This document shows positions 27,316-40,710 of a stretch of DNA of 64,000 nt, piece by piece. Location: positions 40,238,001 to 40,302,000 of the forward strand of contig NC_043004.1 in assembly GCF_006345805.1 (NCBI RefSeq), in the 5' to 3' direction. The DNA comes from Octopus sinensis (lineage: Eukaryota). The notes below the pieces were generated by a model. That model made no database searches. It saw nothing but the letters and a program-made list of their open reading frames with translations, and was not told the DNA's origin. How positions within the stretch are numbered: position 1 is the first letter of the stretch; each line of letters starts with the position of its first letter. The position numbers and the translations under genes were made by a program.

Positions 27316-27385
<70 letters not shown>

Positions 27386-27522
27386 CCATCATCTCATCAT
27401 CCCCATCATCATCATCATCATCATATCCCAATCATCATCATCATCCCCATATCATCATCATCATCATCATCATCCCCATCATCATCATCATCATCATCAT
27501 TATCACCATCGCCATCATCATC

Positions 27523-27562
<40 letters not shown>

Positions 27563-27770
27563 CCATCATCCCCATCATCATCATCATCATCATCATACTC
27601 ATTATCATCATCCCCATAATCATCATCATCATCATCATCATCCCCATCATCATCATCATCATCCTCATCATTATCATTATCATCATCCTCGTCCTCATCA
27701 TCATCATCACTATCATTGTCATCATCATCATCATCATCATCATCACCATCATCATCGTCATCATCATTTA
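25615..27770. repeat. 2.1-kb compound trinucleotide array, mostly (CAT)n with CCC interruptions
   Basis: Direct reading. The anchor CATTATCACCATC recurs at about 26674, 26939, 27284 and 27498. Confidence 0.95.
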
Positions 27771-28284
27771 AATATACCTAACAATTTGACTGGCACTCTG
27801 TGTACCAATTCCACATATCTACTGCCCAACTAATAGTAATTACGAACGAACTTTTCAGTTATTCATAACGAACTGGACAAACAACTATGATCAAGTTTGT
27901 TTCAGCCATGACCATCCCTACCTTTTTTTTTTTTTTTTTCAGAAATCAGAGTCTTTATTTTCCAATGTGTGTTTCTTTAAGACAGCAGCATGTAATTTGA
28001 TTTGAGGGAAATTTACTGACTATTTCTATCTTCTTGAATGACTACATAATGACTTCCTCATAAATTTGTCTTAATGATGCAACAAATACATCGTTGTTGT
28101 TTTTGTTGTTGTTGTTGTTGTTTGTTGGCTCATATTTGCATCATTTCCTCTTTAAATGTTCTTCTTCATATTTGCATTGATATATTCATATCAATATATC
28201 AGTATAGCTGCTTGTTTTGTTTATTTACGAGCAGATTGTATGAACAAATATTGACATTTAAATTGAGTCTTTACATCTTCGTAC

Positions 28285-28402
28285 CTCAGTAATGATCTGT
28301 TCGATTTTTGTAAACACGAGACAACACTTGTCATAACATCTCGCATTCGTTTCCATCTGTCATGTTTTCTCTGTGGAGGAATCAAAACTGTCCAGGGAAA
28401 TC
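28285..28402 (-). CDS. Candidate 118-nt internal exon of an unidentified host gene
   Basis: Acceptor TTTTTCAATCTACATCTTTCTATCCAG| and donor GAG|GTACGA. Only one frame is open (phase 1 to 2): (G)FPWTVLIPPQRKHDRWKRMRDVMTSVVSCLQKSNRSLL(R/S). The sequence is non-repetitive; no homology recognised. Confidence 0.5.
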
Positions 28403-28839
28403 CTGGATAGAAAGATGTAGATTGAAAAATATTTTGTCAGAGTGTTTTCAAACACCGTGTGAGCCTTGGCGTTGTGACACTTCTAGCTAAGACAAAGAAA
28501 TGATTTTAGTAAGAAAAACAAAATACTCTGTGTGGTTAAGAAGATCACTTAGTAACGACGTGGTTTTTGGTTCAATACCATAGCACACCACCTTGGGCAA
28601 ACATCTTCTTTTATAACCATGGCAAAACAATGTCTTGTGCTTCGTGAGTGGAGGGAATTTAACTGATAGAAACTGTGTGGATGATCATGTGTGTGTGTGT
28701 CTGTGTGTGTGTGTGCATTTGTGCGCGCGCGTGTGTGTGTGTATACATATACATATATATGTATGTATGTACATACATATATACATACATATATGTATGT
28801 ATATATAACAACAACAACAACAGCAACAACGATGTTAAC

Positions 28840-29149
<310 letters not shown>

Positions 29150-29544
29150 GAAGCATTGATTATAGAACAAACATCAAATTTGGGTCAACGACTTTACATA
29201 CAACACCACCCCTCAAACATTTAATCATATATAAGAATCACCATGGTTCCCAAATACATAAAAAATAATACATATACATAAAATCATAGGAGGTAAAAGT
29301 ATATAATCGAATAAAATACAAATAGAACAGCCTATCAAAATGTTAAATATAAACAGCTAAAAATTCAAAAACTACCAAAAAACCTAATAGACAAATATAA
29401 AATAAGTAAAGGTAAAAATAAAATAAATGTCCACCGACTGAAAAAGTTTTATCAGACAATTAAAATATTTTTTTTAAATTTTAAAATTTTTACTTTTTTA
29501 AATATTTGAAAAAAGTCTTTTACTTCTCTCATGCAAATATGTCC

Positions 29545-29900
29545 AGCCACTGCATGATGCCAAAGATCCCAACATCACTAATCAAAATACAGGACCAGAT
29601 ACTGCAACAGCTTGGGTTTCAGAGGACCACAGCTCTTCAACATCCTCCCTAAATGCCTGAGAGACATCCATATGGTGTGGATGTGGGTTTCTTTAAAACT
29701 AAACTGGATCTCTTCTTCTCAAGGGTCCCAGATGAATCTACCTCATGACAGGAAACACAGATGCAGGCAGCAGCATCGAACTCCCTTGTTGATCAAGTGC
29801 CACGTATCAGAGGTGGTTTCACATAATAGTGTAGTTCCTTCAACGGTGGTGCCCCAGCACGGCCGCAGCCTTCGGGCTGAAACATTTTTAAGGATTTAAG
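29545..29900 (+). mobile_element. CR1/L2-type LINE 3' end
   Basis: NSLGFRGPQLFNILPKCLRDI...FFKTKLDLFFSRVPDE...AASNSLVDQV (frameshifted), then a 3' UTR ending GGTGCCCCAGCACGGCCGCAGCCTTCGGGCTGAAAC. Confidence 0.8.
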
Positions 29901-30198
29901 GAAATAGACTTCCACTGATCAAATTCACATACATCTTGAAAAAAGTCTTTTGCTCTCTTACACAAGTACGTTCAAAAGTTCATAATAAGCAGACTTCGCA
30001 AATCAAATTCAACATTCACATATATCTATGGCCATTTCGGGATCTCACCACTGCAGTTTATTTAAACTAAAGGGTATCACAGCGATGACCCCATCATCAG
30101 GATAAACAGGAAACAGGAAACACGCACATAACCGTCTCATTTATATTTGAGACATGCATGCATGCATACATGCATGCATACATACATACATACATACA

Positions 30199-30234
<36 letters not shown>

Positions 30235-30494
30235 GAAATGTATATGGAAAAAAAGTCAAGGCAGAAAATGCTAAAATAATTTTATAAAAAACATTTTAGT
30301 ACTGGTTTCTGTTATTGAGACTTTTTCAACTGTAAGTATGGAAAATAATTAACTTTTGGAAATATTAAATGAAAAATTTTTTAAAAGAATATTTGCATAG
30401 CATTCAAATACAAGTGGCATTTTCCTTGTTTCTGCCTGTCTCTGTCTCTCTTGTTTACTCTTGTAACAAGAGTAAACAAGAGAGACAGAGACAG

Positions 30495-30988
30495 GTGATA
30501 TGATCACAGAAATTGTTTCCCAGCCGTGACTGGGTTCTCCTGCTTGCGTGGCATGGTCCAGAGTCCTGTTGCCAGACATACGGTCTTCCAGCAGCCAGGG
30601 AAGCACTGCCTCCTCAAGGCACTTGATATAGGCCTCTGTGTTAAGTCTGAGGCCATGTGGGAAAAATATCTCTAGTGATCACTCCAAACATCACGATGTT
30701 GTCTGGATGTTTGATTTTTATCACTCTCAGTACATGTCAGATTGCACTGTCCTCAGATTTACACTGAAACACTATGAAGTGTTCATATTGGAGCTTCCAG
30801 CATGAATTCCAAGCAGTAAAGCATATCATTTCCAAATTTCTGGCACAGTGAATTGCATCATGGTGCTGTTTTTCACACAGATGGTGCCCAACTGACCCTA
30901 CTATACTGTATAGTCAACAAAATCAAAAGCAAACAACGTGCATGGAATTAAAAATATAAAATGGTAAAAATTTTCCAATCATACCCTG
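30495..30988 (-). mobile_element. Internally deleted maT (DD37D) transposon
   Basis: Reverse complement aligns with 53920-54150 and 54480-54740 (WQQDSGPCHASRRTQSRL). Terminal TA|CAGGG at 30988-30990. Confidence 0.85.
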
Positions 30989-31225
30989 TATGTGTATGTA
31001 TGTGTGTGTGCGTCTGTGCGTGTGTATACATACATACATATATATATATATGTATATGTATGTATTTCTAAATTGAACTTTTCCCTGTAAGTTTGGAATA
31101 ATATTCCCTCAAATAATTATTATATATATATATATCATCACCATCATCATTTATTGTCTACTTTCCATGTTGGCATGGGTTGGATGGTTTGACTGAGAAC
31201 CGCTATACATATATATATATATATA

Positions 31226-31390
31226 TATAGTCAATTCAAATAGACAAATAAAAGCTAATGGACAACAAAGACATGCACAAGGAATGTATTAGCTTGCTGC
31301 TCGGTGAAAGAAGAGAGTGTGATATTTCGAGCATAGCTCTTTGTCAGAAAGGGAAAAGTCCAAAGAAGGAAAAGAAATCACCAAACAGCA
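31226..31390 (-). mobile_element. Penelope-like remnant with a hammerhead-like core
   Basis: Minus strand CTGACAA-A-GAGC-TAT-GCTC-GAAATATC at 31347-31322; abuts (TA)n. Confidence 0.55.
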
Positions 31391-31876
31391 TGTGTGTAAA
31401 TTACATGTATGTATGTATGTATGTATGTATGTATGTATGTATGTATGTATGTATGTATTTATGTATGTATGTATGTATGTATGTATGTATGTATGTATGT
31501 ATGTATGTATTTATGTATGTATGTATGTATGTATGTAAGTGTGTAAGTGTATATATATATATATATATATATGCATGTATGTATATGTGCGTTTGTGTTT
31601 ATGGTTGGCCCCCATCACCACCTTTGATCATAGAACCCGTTCTGTCATGAATGAGCTGCTTGAACAACAACAACAACAACAACAGCAGTATTCTTTCTCA
31701 GTGATGCTGCCTACAGAAGCAAATCGTTCTTAACCCTGTAAAGTGGTTGGCATTAGGGAGGGCATCCAGACCATGGAGACTATGCCAAAACACTCAGTGG
31801 AGCTTGGTGCAGTCCTCTGGCTTGCAAGCCTCTGTCAAACTTTCCAACCCGTGCCAACATGGAAGACAGGCATTAA

Positions 31877-31912
<36 letters not shown>

Positions 31913-32077
31913 ATGATGATGATGATGATGATGGCAACATCTTGTCAATTCCTTATTGAATATTCTACCAACTTAAACCGTATACATTCACATTTTTTAT
32001 CAGTTAAAATAAAATAAGTTAATTATATGAATCTAATGTAAATTTGGTTTTCTGCCAAAAAAAAAATATATATACAC

Positions 32078-32149
<72 letters not shown>

Positions 32150-32724
32150 AACAATAATAATAAATAAATAAATAAATAAATGAATAAATAAAAATAAGTA
32201 AATTCAAAAAATAAATTTAATTTAAAATAAAAACAAATTTAGAAAAATAAATAAATTTTAAAAAATAAAAAGTCTCGTGGAGTGGAGGAATTTAATCGTA
32301 GGAATATTATGTAAATTATAAGTTTCAGAAGAAAACAAAATGTATTGATTTATGTATAATTCTGGTGGGTAGGGATTATATATACATATATGAATAGATA
32401 ATACCAATATTGATTATTTATTTCTTCAGCATAAGACTAATTTGGTAAGCAGGTATGGTATAATAGATTGATTTGACCTAAATATATGATTTGTGAAGTT
32501 TGTAGATTTGGATAAGTATACTAAGGAGAAAAGAGAGTCTTGACATTTCAAGCAAAGACCATACTGGGAAAGAGAGCTAACACCCAACCCCCATCTCTCT
32601 CTCCCCCCCTCTCTCTCTCTCTCTATCTATCTCTCCTCCAATAAACGGGTTTACCTGATATGCAGTAATTGTTTATCTCACTAAGGTATATCTCACTTTC
32701 TCTATCTATCTATCTGTCTGTCTG

Positions 32725-32762
<38 letters not shown>

Positions 32763-32771
32763 CGTCCGTCC

Positions 32772-32811
<40 letters not shown>

Positions 32812-33118
32812 ATCTATCTATCTATCTATCTATCTATCGATCTATCGATCTATCTATCGATCTATCTATATATCTTTCTATCTGATTGACTGTCTGTCTA
32901 CCTGTCTGTTTGTCTCTGTCTCTGTCTCTCTGTTTCTCTGTCTCTCTCTCTCTCTCTCCTATCTCTTTCCTCTCTTCTTTCTCTGTGTCTGACTATACTG
33001 GGAAAGAGAGATAATACCCCATCATCTCTGTCTCTATCTGTCTGTCTGTGCCTCTCTCTCTTTGTCTCTCTGTCTCTATCTGTCTGTCTGTGCCTCTCTC
33101 TCTCTGTCTCTGTCTCTG

Positions 33119-33192
<74 letters not shown>

Positions 33193-33639
33193 TATGTATT
33201 TGTATGTATGTATATGTACAAACATATACATATTTATAAACCACAGACACACATACACACGCACACACACACACACGCACACACACACACAAACACACAC
33301 TTATATAGATCTATCTATCTAGCTCTGTCTATTTCTCTCGCCATATTGAAAAAAAAATCTTTGTATGAAACATCAGTTATACTCAGCTACACATCTCTTC
33401 ATGGCATAGCAACTTATCTAAATTTAAAAACTCCACTGAACAATATTTGCCAACGCAGGTCACCACTGGTTTCTTCTGACAATGGTTTTGTATAATTTAT
33501 ATTTATTTCATTGAATAGCAACAGATGGAATGCAGAGTCAACCATAATAGAAGCTAAGGAAATGAAGTTACATAATGTAATGTGTGGAGTCCATGGCTAT
33601 TTCTCTTCAGCCACTTCAAGAATCTACGCAACAGTAATA

Positions 33640-33993
33640 TTTACTTGTTTCAGTCATTTGACTGCGGCCATGCTGGAGCACCGCCTTTAAGTCGAGGAAA
33701 TCGATCCCAGGACTTATTCTTTCTATCGGTCTCTTTTGACGAACCGCTAAGCTACGGGATGTAAACACACTAGCATTGGTTGTCAAGCGATGTTGGGAGG
33801 AACAGAGACACACAAACACACACATACACACATATATATACATATATACGATGGGCTTCTTTCAGTTTCTGTCTGCCAAATCCATTCACAAGGCTATAGA
33901 AGAAGACACTTGGCCAAGGTGCCACACAGTGGGACTGAACCCGGAACCATGTGGTTGATAAGCAGGCTACTTACCACACAGCCACTCCTGCGT
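33640..33993 (-). mobile_element. SINE family A
   Basis: Matches 61095-61500. Confidence 0.85.
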
Positions 33994-35024
33994 CTATGTA
34001 AATCTCATATATAAAACTATATATCTTTTATCTTTTACTTGTTTCAGTCATTAGATTGTGGCCATGCTGGAGCACAGCCTTGAAGAATCTTTGTCAAATG
34101 AATCACCCCACTACTTATTGTTCGTTTTGTTTTGTTTTGTTTTTTTTTTTGTTTTTTTATGCCTGGTACTTATTCTATCAGTCTCTTTTGCCGAACTGCT
34201 AAGTTACAGGGACATAAACATACCATCACATACATACATCACCACCACCACCACCACCACTATTGTTTAGCATCCACTTTCCGTGCTGGTATAGTTTGGA
34301 CAGTTTGACAGAAGCTGGCAAGCTAGAAGAATGCATTGGACTTCAGTATCTGTTTTGGTATGGTTTCTATGGCTGGATGCGCTTAACTTATGGCAGCCAC
34401 TTTACAGAATGTACTGGGTGGTTTTTATGTGGCACCAGCACCAATGAGGTTACCAAATCGTTTGCAGGACAAGACCTGTCAACTGAGAGAAGGAGTAGTA
34501 TTGAATTGGGTGGTTTTATGCCAAGAGACAGGAGTTTAGAGTATGACAGAGGGATGGAAATGGGTATCTTTGCACTAGAGGAGATATATGGCTACCTCTG
34601 TTGGAAAAAGAGAGAACAAAGAGAGAGGGGGAGGGAGAGAATAGGGAGAGGGAGAGAGAGAGAGAGAGTGGAGGGGGAGACAGAGGTAGGAGCTGAAGAG
34701 GAGAGAAAGGGAAAGAGGAGGGAGGAGGGAGAAGGGAGAGAGAGAAAAGAATGTGAAGAAGATGTGTTGGGACATACACTCAAGTTAGAGGTAAGGTAAA
34801 GTTACCTTCCTGAGTCACACTGACTCATAGGGCTGGTTTCCAGGTTTCCATGGCGTTTATATTCCCCACCTGGATGGGACACTTGTCCAGCACAGGATTA
34901 CACACTTTTGCCAGCTGAGTGGACAGGAGCAACAGGAAGTGAAGGGTTTGGCTCAAGAACACATGTCACCTGGTCCAGGAATTGAAACCACAATCTTATG
35001 ACTGACAAGCCAAACGTCCTAACC

Positions 35025-35671
35025 CAGTGTTTCTCAACTGGGTTTCCCCGGAACCCTAGGGTTCCGCAAAAGGTTTCTAAGGGTTTTGAGAGAAAGAATG
35101 AGATAAGATAATGCTAATTTCATGATCAAAATATTACTATACACATGTTATATTATTGCTTATTGTAATATAGACATCATCCTACCTAACCTATTATGTT
35201 ACCAAAAAGATATAACAACCATTGGGGATATATTTAGTGATGTCCGCAATTTATGGACACGCTCTATGTATATACAGTTTTTATTGTGGTGAGGAATAAA
35301 ATGAGTGATAAAATGGTTTTATAGCAGTTTTGGCTGCTATTTTTGACATGTAAGGGTTTTAAAACCCTCTTAGTTATAATTGTAACTTGTTCATAATTAT
35401 AAACCTCCTCCTCCTTCTTCTTCTTCTTATTCTTCTTCTCTCTCTGCATAAATATATATGATTGATTGATTGATTGATTCTAGTTTCAGCTCACGAGCTG
35501 TGGCCATGCTGGGGCACCGCCATTTATATATATATATATATATTTACCAACTTAATTATGATGAAAAAATACGAGGAAGATATGGAGTATAATTATTTTT
35601 GTGCAGGAGTTCCTTGAGACATGTAATTTATTTTAAGGGTTACGCAAGGGTAAAAAGGTCGAGAAACACTG
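35025..35671. mobile_element. hAT-type MITE inserted in a SINE head
   Basis: TIR CAGTGTTTCTC(A/G)AC and 8-bp TSD TCCTAACC/CCCTAACC. It splits the H2+T4 SINE at about 34790-35695. Confidence 0.85.
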
Positions 35672-35818
35672 CCCTAACCACTAAGCCATGCATCTCCATC
35701 TCAAGTGAGAGTGCATACTAAGTTCATGAGAATATGAAACAAGGATGAAAGACAGAAGGAGAATGGAATACAGTGAGTGGCAAAGATGGGTGGAAGGAGG
35801 GGGTAGATAGATAGATAC

Positions 35819-35887
<69 letters not shown>

Positions 35888-36220
35888 GATAGATAGATAC
35901 ATAAACAGACAAAGACAGAGGGAGGGAGAGAGAGAGAGAAAAAGGAAGAATTAGAAAGAGGAGATAGATAAATAGCTAGCTAGCTAGGTAGATAGATAGA
36001 TATGTTTCTTTATTAGCCACACAGGGCTGCACACAGATAGAACAAATTACAAGGTAGAGCTTTTCTTTTGAAGGTTAAAAAAAAAAAAAGGAAGGGGGAG
36101 TTTCGATCAAAAGGGATCGTAAAAGGAGAGAAAGAGGACAAAAAAAAGGGGGGTTAAAAAAAAAGGGGGAGAGGAAAAAAAAATGATCAATAGGGATCGT
36201 TATCACAGAAATGTCAATAT

Positions 36221-36254
<34 letters not shown>

Positions 36255-36379
36255 GAGATAGATAGATAGATATTTAGAGAGAGAGATAGATAGATAGATA
36301 CAGAGATAAATAGATAGATATTTAGAGAGAGAGATAGATAGATAGATAGATACAGAGATAAATAGATAGATATTTAGAG

Positions 36380-36414
<35 letters not shown>

Positions 36415-36444
36415 GATAGATACATAAATAGACAGAGACAGAGG

Positions 36445-36484
<40 letters not shown>

Positions 36485-36522
36485 GAATTAGAAAGAGGAG
36501 ATAAATAAATAGCTAACTAGAT

Positions 36523-36569
<47 letters not shown>

Positions 36570-36914
36570 TTGATAGATGGATAGATAAAACTTACTTGGA
36601 AATGGATGCGTTCGATCATAGACAGACAGACAGACAAACAGATAGATGTATAGACAGATAGATTGCAAGGGATTGAAAGAGAGAAATAATAACGATCACA
36701 AATATAAGAAGGAAGAGTTAACAAATACAGGAAGGAGGAGGAGTTGACAAGAGGAGAACCAGATGCGACAAGAAGGATAATAGTCAAACTGAGGAGTTAA
36801 TCAATACAAACGCCAGTAAATTTGCAAAATGGGGGACTTCACAAACTCCATATATACTGCACAGAACATTCATTTCTGTCTTCTGCCATCACCATCATTC
36901 ACACATCCACTCAC

Positions 36915-36923
36915 CAACGCCAC
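36915..36923 (-). CDS. Candidate 9-nt microexon
   Basis: TATTTCCCAATCTAG|GTGGCGTTG|GTGAGT. Phase-compatible with the 28402 exon (GGV-GFPWT). Could be chance. Confidence 0.22.
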
Positions 36924-37339
36924 CTAGATTGGGAAATATTGGATACAGATGAATAATTGGCGATAATGGCAGTTTTAAGATTATTGGAATAAATTTGAAT
37001 TATCTCTTATCTCTTATTCCACTCATTTCTAATTTGGGTGTTAGTCGTAAATGTACAAAATTTTTCTTTGATTGACTGACTGACTGCTTCTCTCTGTTTT
37101 ATCTCAGTAAGTTATCTGAGCATACATCTAGATACATTCATACAGATACACACACACACACATGCACACACACACACACGTGCGTGTGTGAGTGTGTATA
37201 GGGTTGGCCAAAAGTCATGTGTAAAATAAGTCCAATATGCTCCAGAATTATCAAAGACATGCTTCAATTTTTCTAAAATTGAATAAAATAAATAAAATAA
37301 TGATGACTATACATGTACTTGTACATGATAAACAAGATA

Positions 37340-37416
<77 letters not shown>

Positions 37417-37419
37417 TAA

Positions 37420-37473
<54 letters not shown>

Positions 37474-37722
37474 AATAATACTTTCTATGTAATCTCAAGT
37501 TTTAAAACAAACATAATTTTCTTATGGTTTCTTAAACATTCACTAGTACAACACTAAGTACATAACCAAATATATGGCACCCTAGGCATAACACCATGAA
37601 CTTCCAACTGATCTGGCGATGTTTCTACAGCTAGATGCCCTTCCTAACATCAACCAAGAGTGTAGTGTGTGCTTTCTACATGCCTCCAGCACTGGAATAT
37701 ATATATATATATAATGTTATGC

Positions 37723-37899
37723 CTGGAAAGAGTCATTTTCTTTTTGTGCCTTATTATTTAACACACTCACCTTCAATAGTTTTGAAAAGGTTGCAACACA
37801 CAACGAAAATTTTAGGAAAATAAAAATAAGAAATAAGTGGAAATTTTACCGGTGAGTGTGTCAAATAATAAGGCACAAAAAAAAAATGACTCTCCCCAG
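37723..37899. mobile_element. MITE with ~50-bp TIRs
   Basis: CTGGAAAGAGTCATTTTCTTTTTGTGCCTTATTATTTAACACACTCACC is mirrored by GGTGAGTGTGTCAAATAATAAGGCACAAAAAAAAAATGACTCTCCCCAG. Confidence 0.8.
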
Positions 37900-38011
37900 A
37901 CACAAGAGAATATGCTTCAACACACAAACTCATATAAAGAATCTTGCAAACCAAATCCAAAAAACGAAATATATATATAGATAAATAGATATACATATAC
38001 ATATGAATATA

Positions 38012-38226
38012 TATTCTTTTATTCTTTTTCCTGCTTCAGTCATTTGACCGTGGCCATGCTAGAGCACCACCTTTAGTTGAGAAAATCACTCCCATGACTT
38101 ATTTTTTGTAAGCCTAGCACTTATTCTATCAGACTCTTTTGCCGAACTGCTAAGTTACGGGGGACATAAACACATCAGCATTGGTTGTCAAGTAATGTTG
38201 GGAGGACAAACACACACCCGCACGCA

Positions 38227-38269
<43 letters not shown>

Positions 38270-38420
38270 ATTCATATATATACACACACACAATGAGCTT
38301 CTTTCAGTTTCCAGCTCTCAAAACTTTGGTCACTCTAAGGCTATAGTAGAAGGCACTTGCCCAAGGTGCCATGCAGTGGGACTGAGCCCAGAACCATGTG
38401 GTTGGCAAGCAAGCTACTTA
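38012..38420 (-). mobile_element. SINE family A
   Basis: Matches 61095-61500. Confidence 0.85.
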
Positions 38421-38441
38421 CCACACAGCCACTCCTGCACC

Positions 38442-38491
<50 letters not shown>

Positions 38492-38646
38492 TGTGCATGT
38501 GTGTATAAATATATATATGTATAAAATCATTGGTATATGTAATCATTGGTCACTCTATGACCAGACATAGACTTAACTACATATAAACACATTACTGCCT
38601 GATGCTTCAGAGTGCAGTTCTTTTACAGATATATGATACATTGACA

Positions 38647-38680
<34 letters not shown>

Positions 38681-38903
38681 CATATATGATATCATATATC
38701 ATATATGATATCTATCTACATCACTTCATCCCTGCCATGTTATCAATCAGTCATTCTAAGTGTCTAAGTATCCAAGAATTTATCTTCAAATATATCTAAA
38801 AATCTGTGTCACTGTTTATGTAAGTGGTATACACATGTGTATAATGCTTTATATATGATATATATATGTGTGTGCATATATACATATATAAATATATATA
38901 TAT

Positions 38904-39206
38904 ATCAAGAAGGATAAGATCATTAATTAAAAAATAAAATAACGATTTTATCAAGTGGTCAGCATGGAAAAAATAACCTTCAAAGGTAATAATTATTAAA
39001 TTTATAAATTAGGGTATCTACATGATACCACCATGCTGAAAATAGCAGTCATGATCTGACTCTAAAACCTTATTTGTCCATATATCAACATGGAGAAAAA
39101 ACAAAGAGACAAGATGAAACTAGTAAAAAATTACTGGATAATTCTAGATCCTGGATTTCTGAATTTCTGCTATTTTCAGCATGGTGGTATCTCGTAGATA
39201 CCCTAA
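38904..39206. mobile_element. (TA)n-flanked element with a 40-bp internal inverted repeat (Penelope-like)
   Basis: Arms 39009-39048 and 39167-39206 with 2 mismatches; same architecture as 47280-47534. Confidence 0.55.
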
Positions 39207-39223
39207 TATATATATATATATAT

Positions 39224-39456
39224 AACAATATTAAGGAATGGCCTTGATAGGCCATTCGACCCACTAGAAAGAGCAGCTAAACTCAAACCGCTAAATAGTT
39301 GTAATTCAGAAACCAAACTATGCATAGTCCAAAGATGATAAGGGTAAATGTTTTTATTTTCCTTTGGTTTCTGAATTACAACTATTTAGCGGTTTGAGTT
39401 TAGCTGCTCTTTCTAGTGGGTCGAATGGCCTATCAAGGCCATTCCTTAATATTGTT
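39224..39456. repeat. Perfect 94-bp inverted repeat with a 45-nt spacer
   Basis: Arms 39224-39317 and 39363-39456 are exact reverse complements. Confidence 0.95.
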
Positions 39457-39916
39457 GAATGTATATTATATAGTCTGTTGACTATTTTTTCTTTCTCCCT
39501 GGACCACTGGTGGCGAAATATTTTTCTTGAATTTTTTGCTACCCTGATATTGATATATATATATATGCATACATGTATGTATGTATACACAAGCACACCT
39601 ATACAAATGTAGCTGACTTGCTAATGGATGTTTATGGTAATGTGATAATGAAAATGGTAGTGATATGCATTTTTCCGTTAATTTGGTAACAAACATAATC
39701 ATGTCAAAAAATGATTTCCGTTAAAAAAAAAAATTATCACTGCCAATTAAGGGACTGAAATCTCAGTTGATCCTATCCATGCAAAACGACCACCACTGAT
39801 GAAAATGTATAGTCTCTCAGTACAACAAAACAAACTGATCTCTCTACCTACCGTCCATGTTCCTGTGAATTTGTAGCATCATTCATGTTTGTTATTTCAT
39901 TAGAAACAGAACCTAT

Positions 39917-40320
39917 CTCTTTACTCTTTTACTCTTTTACTTGTTTCAGTTATTTAACTGTGGCCATGCTGGAGCACCGCCTTTAGTCGAGGACTTATTC
40001 TTTGTAAGCCTAGTACTTATTCTATTGGTCTCTTTTGCCAAACCACTAAGTTACAGGGACGTAAACACACCACTATCGGTTGTCAAGCGATGCTGGGGGG
40101 ACAAACACAGACACACAAACATATATATACACATACATATATATCTATATACATATATATGACAGGCTTCTTTCAGTTTTCCGTCTACCAAATCCACTCA
40201 CAAGGCTTTGGTCAGCCCGAGGCTATAGTAAAAGACACTTGCCCAAGGTGCCATGCAGTGGGAATGAACCCGGAACCATATGGTTGGTAAGCAAGCAACT
40301 TACCACACAGCCACTCCTAC
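39917..40320 (-). mobile_element. SINE family A
   Basis: Matches 61095-61500. Confidence 0.87.
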
Positions 40321-40371
40321 ACCAATGAAACATTTTCGAAAAAAATATATTTTATTATAAAAGAGTAAAAG

Positions 40372-40710
40372 GGTAAAGACCCCCTTCAGTCATGAATGAC
40401 TATAGGATTGCACCTAGAAAGCTCCCCTCTGAGGCACAAGTCCCAGCAAGGTTGTTTATGGAAGACCAGCAGTCGATCATGCATACCAGCCTCACCTTTC
40501 CACACTACCAAGGTTACCCAAGAGAAAGGCAAAGGCTGATACAGTTTGGCACCAGTCTCATCGCAACTCGTTTTTACAGCTGAGTGAACTGGAGCAAGGT
40601 GAAATAAAATGTCTTGCTCAAGAACACAACACACAGCCTAGTCCAGAAATTGAACTCACTACCTCATGACTGTGAGTCCGGTGCCCTCACTACTGCGTCA
40701 TGTGCCTTGC
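40372..40710 (-). mobile_element. tRNA-derived SINE (head H2 + tail T3)
   Basis: B-box GAGTTCAATTTC, body CTTGAGCAAGACATTTTATTTCACCTTGCTCCAGTTCACTCAGCTG, and a distinct tail ending GACTGAAGGGGGTCTTTACCC. Confidence 0.75.

Noticed and set aside
24026-27767. ORFs of 290-449 aa resembling His-rich, Met-rich or Asp-rich (biomineral-like) proteins
   Set aside because: All overlapping frames are open and composition switches with frame. The tempting Asp-rich shell-protein look is an artefact of (GAT)n.
27778-27829. Minus-strand exon candidate LGSRYVELVHRVPVKLL
   Set aside because: Its open frame (phase 0) is incompatible with the best donor of the neighbouring 118-nt exon, and the phase-2 frame ends in a stop.
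36596-36788. Minus-strand exon candidate with a GTAAGT donor
   Set aside because: It includes (CTGT)n/(CTAT)n microsatellite sequence and gives a low-complexity peptide.
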